Below, piece by piece: positions 47,190-59,100 of a stretch of 64,000 bases of DNA. Position 1 is the first letter of the stretch, and each line of letters opens with the position of its first letter. The notes below the pieces were generated by a model, which was given only the letters and a program-made list of their open reading frames with translations, had not been told where the DNA came from and made no database searches. A program made the position numbers and the translations under genes. This DNA comes from Lingula anatina (Eukaryota; Animalia; Brachiopoda). The stretch lies in assembly GCA_051362555.1 (NCBI GenBank), contig CM120640.1:24910225-24974224 (forward strand), read 5' to 3'.

Positions 47190-50100
47190 AATTTTGTGGG
47201 TGTGTGTGTCTGTGGTAGGATGGGTAAATTGAAATAATCTAATCTTGTTTTTCATTTCTTTTTACAGGAAAAAGAAGATGAAGAGCTACCCCACCTGGAC
47301 ATGGACTTCACTCTTGGATCCAAGCTAAGGTTAGTAAATTTGATTTTTTTTGGGGGTGGTGGGATGGGTAAATGGAACAAATCTAATCTTGTTTCTCATT
47401 TCTTTTTACAGGACAAAGAAGATGATGAGCAACCCAACCTAGACATGGACTTCACTCTTGGATCCAAGATAAGGTTAGTAAATTTTATTTTTTGGGGGTT
47501 ATGGGATGGGTAAATTGAAAAAAAAATCTAATCTTGTTTTTCATTTCTTTTTACAGGACAAAGAAGATGCTGAGTGACCCCACCCAGACATGGACTTCAC
47601 TCTTGGATCCCAGCTCAGGTTAGTAAATTTTAATTTTTAAGGGGTGGTGGGATGGGTAAATAGAAAAATTCTAATCTTGTTTCTCATTTCTTTTTACAGG
47701 ACAAAGAAGATGATGAGCGACCCCAACCGGACATGGACTCCACTCTTGGATCCAAGCTAAGGTTAGTAAATTTCATTTTTTGGGAGTGGTGGGATGAGAT
47801 AATTGAAAAAATCTAATCTTGTTTGTCATTTCTTTTTACAGGACAAAGAAGATGATGAGCGACCCGACTTGGACATGGACTTCACTCTAGGATCCCAGCT
47901 AAGGTAGGTAAATTTCATTTTTTGGGGTGGTGGGATGAGATAATTGAAAAAATCTAATCTTGTTTTTCATTTCTTTTTACAGGACAAAGAAGATGATGAG
48001 CGACCCCACCCGGACATGGACTTCACTCTTGGATCCCACCTAAGGTTAGTTAATTTTATTTTTTAGGGGTGGTGGGATGGGTAAATTGAAAAAAATTTAA
48101 TATTGTTTGTCATTTCTTTTTACAGGACAAAGAAGATGAGGAGCAACCCCACCCGGACATGGACTTCACTCTTGGATCCAAGCATAGGTTAGTAAATTTT
48201 ATTATTTTGGGGTGGTGGGATGGGTAAATTGAAAAAATCTAATCTTGTTTTTCTTTTCTTTTTACAGGAGAAAGAAGATATTGAGTGACTCCACCCAGAC
48301 ATGGATTTCACTCTTTGATCCAAGGAAAGGTTAGTAAATTTTATTTTTTGGGGGTGGTGGGTTGGGTAAATTGAAAAAATCTAATCTTGTTTTTCATTTT
48401 TTTTTACAGGACAAAGAAGATGATGAGGGACCCCACCCAGACATGGACTTCACTCTTGGATCCAAGCTAAGGTTAGTAAATTTTATTTTTTTGGGGTGGT
48501 GGGATTGGTAAATTGAAAAAAATCTAATGTTGTTTTTCATTTCTTTTTAAAGGACAAAGAAGATGATGAGCGACCCCACTCGGACATGGACTTCACTCTT
48601 GGAACCCACCTCAGGTTAGTAAATTTTATTTTTTAGAGGTGGTGGGATGGGTAAATTGAAAGAATCTAATCTTGTTTTTCATTTCTTTTTACAGGACAAA
48701 GAAGATGAGGAGCAACCCCACCCGGACATGGACTTCACTCTTGGATCCAAGCATAGGTTAGTAAATTTTATTATTTTGGGGTGGTGGGATGGGTAAATTG
48801 AAAAAATCTAATCTTGTTTTTCTATTCTTTTTACAGGAGAAAGAAGATATTGAGTGACTCCACCCAGACATGGACTTCACTCTTGGATACAAGGAAAGGT
48901 TAGTAAATTTTATTTTTTGGGGGTGGTGGGTTGGGTAAATTGAAAAAATCTAATCTTGTTTTTCATTTCTTTTTACAGGACAAAGAAGATGATGAGGGAC
49001 CCCACCCAGACATGGACTTCACTCTTTGATCCAAGCTAAGGTTAGCAAATTTTATTTTTTTGGGGTGGTGGGATTGGTAAATTGAAAAAAATCTAATGTT
49101 GTTTTTCATTTCTTTTTAAAGGACAAAGAAGATGATGAGCGACCCCACTCGGACATGGACTTCACTCTTGGAACCCAGCTCAGGTTAGTAAATTTTATTT
49201 TTTAGAGGTGGTGGGATGGGTAAATTGAAAGAATCTAATCTTGTTTTTCATTTCTTTTTACAGGACAAAGAAGATGATGAGCAACCCCACTCGGACATGG
49301 ACTTCACTCTTGGAACCCAGCTCAGGTTAGTAAATTTTATTTTTTAGAGGTGGTGGGATTGGTAAATTGAAAAAATCTAATGTTCTTTTTCATTTCTTTT
49401 TAAAGGACAAAGAAGATGATGAGCGACCCCACTCGGACATGGACTTCACTCTTGGAACCCAGCTCAGGTTAGTAAATTTTATTTTTTAGAGGTGGTGGGA
49501 TGGGTAAATTGAAAGAATCTAATCTTGTTTTTCATTTCTTTTTACAGGACAAAGAAGATGAGGAGCAACCCCACCCGGACATGGACTTCACTCTTGGATC
49601 CAAGCATAGGTTAGTAAATTTTATTATTTTGGGGTGGTGGGATGGGTAAATTGAAAAAATCTAATCTTGTTTTTCTTTTCTTTTTACAGGACAAAGAAGA
49701 TATTGAGTGACTCCACCCAGACATGGACTTCACTCTTGGATACAAGGAAAGGTTAGTAAATTTTATTTTTTGGGGGTGGTGGGTTGGGTAAATTGAAAAA
49801 ATCTAATCTTGTTTTTCATTACTTTTTACAGGACAAAGAAGATGATGAGGGACCCCACCCAGACATGGACTTCACTCTTGGATCCAAGCTAAGGTTATCA
49901 AATTTTATTTTTTTGGGGTGGTGGGATTGGTAAATTGAAAAAAATCTAATGTTGTTTTTCATTTCTTTTTAAAGGACAAAGAAGATGATGAGCGACCCCA
50001 CTCGGACATGGACTTCACTCTTGGAACCCAGCTCAGGTTAGTAAATTTTATTTTTTAGAGGTGGTGGGATGGGTAAATTGAAAGAATCTAATCTTGTTTT

Positions 50101-53100
50101 TCATTTCTTTTTACAGGACAAAGAAGATGAGGAGCAACCCCACCCGGACATGGACTTCACTCTTGGATCCAAGCATAGGTTAGTAAATTTTATTATTTTG
50201 GGGTGGTGGGATGGGTAAATTGAAAAAATCTAATCTTGTTTTTCTATTCTTTTTACAGGAGAAAGAAGATATTGAGTGACTCCACCCAGACATGGACTTC
50301 ACTCTTGGATACAAGGAAAGGTTAGTAAATTTTATTTTTTGGGGGTGGTGGGTTGGGTAAATTGAAAAAATCTAATCTTGTTTTTCATTTCTTTTTACAG
50401 GACAAAGAAGATGATGAGGGACCCCACCCAGACATGGACTTCACTCTTGGAACCCAGCTCAGGTTAGTAAATTTTATTTTTTAGAGGTGGTGGGATTGGT
50501 AAATTGAAAAAATCTAATGTTCTTTTTCATTTCTTTTTAAAGGACAAAGAAGATGATGAGCGACCCCACTCGGACATGGACTTCACTCTTGGAACCCAGC
50601 TCAGGTTAGTAAATTTTATTTTTTAGAGGTGGTGGGATGGGTAAATTGAAAGAATCTAATCTTGTTTTTCATTTCTTTTTACAGGACAAAGAAGATGAGG
50701 AGCAACCCCACCCGGACATGGACTTCACTCTTGGATCCAAGCATAGGTTAGTAAATTTTATTATTTTGGGGTGGTGGGATGGGTAAATTGAAAAAATCTA
50801 ATCTTGTTTTTCTTTTCTTTTTACAGGACAAAGAAGATATTGAGTGACTCCACCCAGACATGGACTTCACTCTTGGATACAAGGAAAGGTTAGTAAATTT
50901 TATTTTTTGGGGGTGGTGGGTTGGGTAAATTGAAAAAATCTAATCTTGTTTTTCATTTCTTTTTACAGGACAAAGAAGATGATGAGCAACCCCACTCGGA
51001 CATGGACTTCACTCTTGGAACCCAGCTCAGGTTAGTAAATTTTATTTTTTAGAGGTGGTGGGATGGGTAAATTGAAAGAATCTAATCTTGTTTTTCATTT
51101 CTTTTTACAGGACAAAGAAGATGAGGAGCAACCCCACCCGGACATGGACTTCACTCTTTGATCCAAGCATAGGTTAGTAAATTTTATTATTTTGGGGTGG
51201 TGGTATGGGTAAATTGAAAAAATCTAATCTTGTTTTTCTTTTCTTTTTACAGGAGAAAGAAGATATTGAGTGACTCCACCCAGACATGGACTTCACTCTT
51301 GGATACAAGGAAAGGTTAGTAAATTTTATTTTTTGGGGGTGGTGGGTTGGGTAAATTGAAAAAATCTAATCTTGTTTTTCATTTCTTTTTACAGGACAAA
51401 GAAGATGATGAGGGACCCCACCCAGACATGGACTTCACTCTTGGATCCAAGCTAAGGTTAGTAAATTTTATTTTTTAGAGGTGGTGGGATGGGTAAATTG
51501 AAAGAATCTAATCTTGTTTTTCATTTCTTTTTACAGGACAAAGTAGATGATGAGCAACCCAACGTGCACATGGACTTCACTCTTGGATCCCTGATTAGGT
51601 TAGTAAATTTTATTTTTTTGGGTTGGTGGGATGGGTTAATTGAAAAAATCTAATGTTCTTTTTCATTTCTTTTAACAGGACAAAGAAGATGATGAGCGAC
51701 CCCACCCGGACATGGACTTCACTCTTGGATCCCAGCTAAGGTTAGTAAATTTCATTTTTTGGGGGTGGTGGGATGAGATAATTGAAAAAATCTAATCTTG
51801 TTTGTCATTTCTTTTTACAGGACAAAGAAGATGATGAGCGACCCCACTCGGACATGGACTTCACTCTAGGATCCCAGCTAAGGTAGGTAAATTTCATTTT
51901 TTGGGGGTGGTAGGATGAGATAATTGAAAAAATCTAATCTTGTTTTTCATTTCTTTTTACAGGACAAAGTAGATGATGAGCAACCCAACGTGCACATGGA
52001 CTTCACTCTTGGATCCCTGATTAGGTTAGTAAATTTTATTTTTTTGGGTTGGTGGGATGGGTTAATTGAAAAAATCTAATGTTCTTTTTCATTTCTTTTA
52101 ACAGGACAAAGAAGATGATGAGCGACCCCACCCGGACATGGACTTCACTCTTGGATCCCAGCTAAGGTTAGTAAATTTCATTTTTTGGGGGTGGTGGGAT
52201 GAGATAATTGAAAAAATCTAATCTTGTTTGTCATTTCTTTTTACAGGACAAAGAAGATGATGAGCGACGCCACTCGGACATGGACTTCACTCTAGGATCC
52301 CAGCTAAGGTAGGTAAATTTCATTTTTTGGGGGTGGTAGGATGAGATAATTGAAAAAATCTAATCTTGTTTTTCATTTCTTTTTACAGGACAAAGAAGAT
52401 GATGAGCGACCCCACCCGGACATGGACTTCACTCTTGGATCCCACCTAAGGTTAGTTAATTTTATTTTTTAGGGGTGGTGGGATGGGTAAATTGAAAAAA
52501 ATTTAATATTGTTTGTCATTTCTTTTTACAGGACAAAGAAGATGAGGAGCAACCCCACCCGGACATGGACTTCACTCTTGGATCCAAGCATAGGTTAGTA
52601 AATTTTATTATTTTGGGGTGGTGGGATGGGTAAATTGAAAAAATCTAATCTTGTTTTTCTTTTCTTTTTACAGCAGAAAGAAGATATTGAGTGACTCCAC
52701 CCAGACATGGACTTCACTCTTGGATACAAGGAAAGGTTAGTAAATTTTATTTTTTAGAGGTGGTGGGATTGGTGAATAGAGAAAATCTAATCTTGTTTTT
52801 CTTTTCTTTTTACAGGACAAAGAAGATGATGAGGGACCCCACCCGGACATGGATTTCACTCTTGGATCCCAGCTAAGGTTAGTAAATTTCATTTTTTGGG
52901 GGTGGTGGGTTGGGTAAATTGAAAAAATCTAATCTTGTTTTTCATTTCTTTTTACAGAAAAAAAGACGATGATGAGCAGACCCACTTGGACATGGAGTTC
53001 ACTCTTTGATCCAAGCTAAGGTTAGTAGATTTTATTTTTTGGGGGTGGTGGGATATGAGTAAATTGAAAAAATCTAATCTTGTTTTTCATTTCTTTTTAC

Positions 53101-56100
53101 AGGACAAAGAAGATGATGAGGGACCCCACCCAGACATGGACTTCACTCTTGGATCCAAGCTAAGGTTAGTAAATTTTATTTTTTGGGGGTGGTGGGATTG
53201 GTAAATTGAAAAAAATCTAATGTTGTTTTTCATTTCTTTTTAAAGGACAAAGAAGATGATGAGCAACCCCACTCGGACATGGACTTCACTCTTGGAACCC
53301 AGCTCAGGTTAGTAAATTTTATTTTTTAGAGGTGGTGGGATGGGTAAATTGAAAGAATCTAAACTTGTTTTTCATTTCTTTTTACAGGACAAAGAAGATG
53401 ATGAGCAACCCAACGTGCACATGGACTTCACTCTTGGATCCCTGATTAGGTTAGTAAATTTTATTTTTTTGGGTTGGTGGGATGGGTTAATTGAAAAAAT
53501 CTAATGTTCTTTTTCATTTCTTTTAACAGGACAAGGAAGATGATGAGCGACCCCACCCGGACATGGACTTCACTCTTGGATCCCAGCTAAGGTTAGTAAA
53601 TTTCATTTTTTGCGGGTGGTGGGATGAGATAATTGAAAAAATCTAATCTTGTTTTTCATTTCTTTTTACAGGACAAAGAAGATGATGAGCGACCCCACCC
53701 AGACATGGACTTCACTCTTGGATCCCACCTAAGTTTAGTTAATTTTATTTTTTAGGGGTGGTGGGATGGGTAAATTGAAAAAAATTTAATATTGTTTGTC
53801 ATTTCTTTTTACAGGACAAAGAAGATGAGGAGCAACCCCACCCGGACATGGACTTCACTCTTGGATCCAAGCATAGGTTAGTAAATTTTATTATTTTGGG
53901 GTGGTGGGATGGGTAAATTGAAAAAATCTAATCTTGTTTTTCATTTCTTTTTACAGGACAAAGAAGATGATGAGCGACCCCACCCGGACATGGACTTCAC
54001 TCTTGGATCCAAGCTAAGGTTAGTAAATTTTATTTTTTAGAGGTGGTGGGATTGGTGAATAGAGAAAATCTAATCTTGTTTTTCATTTCTTTTTAAAGGA
54101 CAAAGAAGATGATGAGGGACCCCACCCGGACATGGATTTCACTCTTGGATCCCAGCTAAGGTTAGTAAATTTCATTTTTTGGGGGTGGTGGGTTGGGTAA
54201 ATTGAAAAAATCTAATCTTGTTTTTCATTTCTTTTTACAGAAAAAAGAAGATGATGAGCAGACCCACTTGGACATGGAGTTCACTCTTTGATCCAAGCTA
54301 AGGTTAGTAGATTTTATTTTTTGGGGGTGGTGGGATATGAGTAAATTGAAAAAATCTAATCTTGTTTTTCATTTCTTTTTACAGGACAAAGAAGATGATG
54401 AGGGACCCCACCCAGACATGGACTTCACTCTTGGATCCAAGCTAAGGTTAGTAAATTTTATTTTTTGGGGGTGGTGGGATTGGTAAATTGAAAAAAATCT
54501 AATGTTGTTTTTCATTTCTTTTTAAAGGACAAAGAAGATGATGAGCAACCCCACTCGGACATGGACTTCACTCTTGGAACCCAGCTCAGGTTAGTAAATT
54601 TTATTTTTTAGAGGTGGTGGGATGGGTAAATTGAAAGAATCTAAACTTGTTTTTCATTTCTTTTTACAGGACAAAAAAGATGATGAGCAACCCAACGTGC
54701 ACATGGACTTCACTCTTGGATCCCTGATTAGGTTAGTAAATTTTATTTTTTTGGGTTGGTGGGATGGGTTAATTGAAAAAATCTAATGTTCTTTTTCATT
54801 TCTTTTAACAGGACAAGGAAGATGATGAGCGACCCCACCCGGACATGGACTTCACTCTTGGATCCCAGCTAAGGTTAGTAAATTTCATTTTTTGCGGGTG
54901 GTGGGATGAGATAATTGAAAAAATCTAATCTTGTTTATCATTTCTTTTTACAGGACAAAGAAGATGATGAGCGACCCCACCCGGACATGGACTTCACTCT
55001 TGGATCCCACCTAAGGTTAGTTAATTTTATTTTTTAGGGGTGGTGGGATGGGTAAATTGAAAAAAATTTAATATTGTTTGTCATTTCTTTTTACAGGACA
55101 AAGAAGATGAGGAGCAACCCCACCCGGACATGGACTTCACTCTTGGATCCAAGCATAGGTTAGTAAATTTTATTATTTTGGGGTGGTGGGATGGGTAAAT
55201 TGAAAAAATCTAATCTTGTTTTTCATTTCTTTTTACAGGACAAAGAAGATGATGAGCGACCCCACCCGGACATGGACTTCACTCTTGGATCCAAGCTAAG
55301 GTTAGTAAATTTTATTTTTTAGAGGTGGTGGGATTGGTGAATAGAGAAAATCTAATCTTGTTTTTCATTTCTTTTTAAAGGACAAAGAAGATGATGAGGG
55401 ACCCCACCCGGACATGGATTTCACTCTTGGATCCCAGCTAAGGTTAGTAAATTTCATTTTTTGGGGGTGGTGGGTTGGGTAAATTGAAAAAATCTAATCT
55501 TGTTTTTCATTTCTTTTTACAGAAAAAAGAAGATGATGAGCAGACCCACTTGGACATGGAGTTCACTCTTTGATCCAAGCTAAGGTTAGTAGATTTTATT
55601 TTTTGGGGGTGGTGGGATATGAGTAAATTGAAAAAATCTAATCTTGTTTTTCATTTCTTTTTACAGGACAAAGAAGATGATGAGGGACCCCACCCAGACA
55701 TGGACTTCACTCTTGGATCCAAGCTAAGGTTAGTAAATTTTATTTTTTGGGGGTGGTGGGATTGGTAAATTGAAAAAAATCTAATGTTGTTTTTCATTTC
55801 TTTTTAAAGGACAAAGAAGATGATGAGCAACCCCACTCGGACATGGACTTCACTCTTGGAACCCAGCTCAGGTTAGTAAATTTTATTTTTTAGAGGTGGT
55901 GGGATGGGTAAATTGAAAGAATCTAAACTTGTTTTTCATTTCTTTTTACAGGACAAAGAAGATGATGAGCAACCCAACGTGCACATGGACTTCACTCTTG
56001 GATCCCTGATTAGGTTAGTAAATTTTATTTTTTTGGGTTGGTGGGATGGGTTAATTGAAAAAATCTAATGTTCTTTTTCATTTCTTTTAACAGGACAAGG

Positions 56101-59100
56101 AAGATGATGAGCGACCCCACCCGGACATGGACTTCACTCTTGGATCCCAGCTAAGGTTAGTAAATTTCATTTTTTGCGGGTGGTGGGATGAGATAATTGA
56201 AAAAATCTAATCTTGTTTATCATTTCTTTTTACAGGACAAAGAAGATGATGAGCGACCCCACCCGGACATGGACTTCACTCTTGGATCCCACCTAAGGTT
56301 AGTTAATTTTATTTTTTAGGGGTGGTGGGATGGGTAAATTGAAAAAAATTTAATATTGTTTGTCATTTCTTTTTACAGGACAAAGAAGATGAGGAGCAAC
56401 CCCACCCGGACATGGACTTCACTCTTGGATCCAAGCATAGGTTAGTAAATTTTATTATTTTGGGGTGGTGGGATGGGTAAATTGAAAAAATCTAATCTTG
56501 TTTTTCATTTCTTTTTACAGGACAAAGAAGATGATGAGGGACCCCACCCGGACATGGACTTCACTCTTGGATCCAAGCTAAGGTTAGTAAATTTTATTTT
56601 TTAGAGGTGGTGGGATTGGTGAATAGAGAAAATCTAATCTTGTTTTTCATTTCTTTTTAAAGGACAAAGAAGATGATGAGGGACCCCACCCGGACATGGA
56701 TTTCACTCTTGGATCCCAGCTAAGGTAAGTAAATTTCATTTTTTGGGGATTGTTGGATGAGATAATTGAAAAAATCTAATCTTGTTTTTCATTTCTTTTT
56801 ACAGGACAAAGAAGATGAGGAGCAACCCCACCCGGACATGGACTTCACCCTTGGATCCCAGCTAAGGTTAGTAAATTTCATTTTTTGGGGGTGGTGGGTT
56901 GGGTAAATTGAAAAAATCTAATCTTGTTTTTCATTTCTTTTTACAGGAAAAAGAAGATGATGAGCAGACCCACTTGGACATGGAGTTCACTCTTTGATCC
57001 AAGCTAAGGTAAGTAGATTTTATTTTTTGGGGGTGGTGGGATATGAGTAAATTGAAAAAATCTAATCTTTTTTTGTTCTTTTCTTTTTACAGGACAAAGA
57101 AGATATTGAGGGACTCCACCCAGACATGGACTTTACTCTTGGATCCAAGGAAAGGTTAGTAAATTTTATTTTTTGGGGGTGGTGGGTTGGGTAAATTGAA
57201 AAAATCTAATCTTGTTTTTCATTTCTTTTTACAGGACAAAGAAGATGATGAGGGACCCCACCCAGACATGGACTTCACTCTTGGATCCAAGCTAAGGTTA
57301 GTAAATTTTATTTTTTTTGGGGTGGTGGGATTGGTAAATTGAAAAAAATCTAATGTTGTTTTTCATTTCTTTTTAAAGGACAAAGAAGATGATGAGCGAC
57401 CCCACTCGGACATGGACTTCACTCTTGGAACCCAGCTACGGTAAGTTAATTTCATTTTTTAGAGGTTGTGGGATGGGTAAATTGAAAGAATCTAATCTTC
57501 TTTTTCATTTCTTTTTACAGGACAAAGAAGATGATGAGCAACCCAACGTGGACATGGACTTCACTCTTGGATCCCTGATAAGGTTAGTAAATTTTATTTT
57601 TTGGGGTTGGTGAGATGGGTTAATTGAAAAAATCTAATCTTCTTTTTCATTTCTTTTAACAGGACAAAGAAGATGATGAGCGACCCCACCCGGATATGGA
57701 CTTCACTCTTGGATCCCAGCTAAGGTTAGTAAATTGCATTTTTTGGGGGTGGTGGGATGAGATAATTGAAAAAATCTAAACTTGTTTGTCATTTCTTTTT
57801 ACAGGACAAAGAAGATGATGAGCGACCCCACTTGGACATGGACTTCACTCTAGGATCCCAGCTAAGGTAAGTAAATTTCATTTTTTGGGGGTGGTGGGAT
57901 GAGATAATTGAAAAAATCTAAACTTGTTTTTCATTTCTTTTTACAGGACAAAGAAGATGATGAGCGACCCCACCTGGACATGGACTTCACTCTTGGATCC
58001 CAGCTCAGGTTAGTAAATTTTAATTTTTGGGGGTGGTGACATGAGTAAATTGAAAAAACTTATCTTGTTTTTCATTTCTTTTTACAGGAAAAAGGAGATG
58101 ATGAATGACCCCACCCGGACATGGACTTCACTCTTCGATCCCAGCTCAGGTTAGTAAATTTTATTTTTTAGGGGTGTTGGGATGGGTAAATAGAAAAATT
58201 CTAATCTTGTTTTTCATTTCTTTTTACAGGACAAAGAAGATGATGAGCGACCCCACCCGGATATGGACTTCACTCTTGGATCCCAGCTAAGGTTAGTAAA
58301 TTTTATTTTTTTGGGGTGGTGGGATTGGTAAATTGAAAAAAATCTAATGTTGTTTTTCATTTATTTTTAAAGGACAAAGAAGATGATGAGCGACCCCACT
58401 TGGACATGGACTTCACTCTTGGAACCCAGCTACGGTAAGTAAATTTCATTTTTTAGAGGTTGTGGGATGGGTAAATTGAAAGAATCTAATCTTCTTTTTC
58501 ATTTCTTTTTACAGGACAAAGAAGATGATGAGCAACCCAACGTGGACATGGACTTCACTCTTGGATCCCTGATAGGGTTAGGAAATTTTATTTTTTTGGG
58601 TTGGTGGGATGGGTTAATTGAAAAAATCTAATCTTCTTTTTCATTTCTTTTAACAGGACAAAGAAGATGATGAGCGACCCCACCCGGACATGGACTTCAC
58701 TCTTGGATCCCAGCTAAGGTTAGTAAATTTCATTTTTTGGGGGTGGTGGGAAGAGATAATTGAAAAAATCTAATCTTGTTTGTCATTTCTTTTTACAGGA
58801 CAAAGAGGATGATGAGCGACCCCACTTGGACATGGACTTCACTCTAGGATCCCAGCTAAGGTAAGTAAATTTCATTTTTTGGGGTGGTGGGATGAGATAA
58901 TTGAAAAAATCTAATCTTGTTTTTCATTTCTTTTTACAGGACAAAGAAGATGATGAGCGACCCCACCTGGACATGGACTTCACTCTTGGATCCCAGCTCA
59001 GGTTAGTAAATTTTATTTTTTGGGGGTGGTGACATGAGTAAATTGAAAAAACTTATCTTGTTTTTCATTTCTTTTTACAGGAAAAAGATGATGAATGACC

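Noticed and set aside
51537-51598. Exon unit as a box C/D snoRNA (ATGATGA ... CTGA)
   Set aside because: CTGA is present only in a minority variant (GATCCCTGAT). The motif lies in the exon-like half, the box spacing is short and there is no terminal stem.
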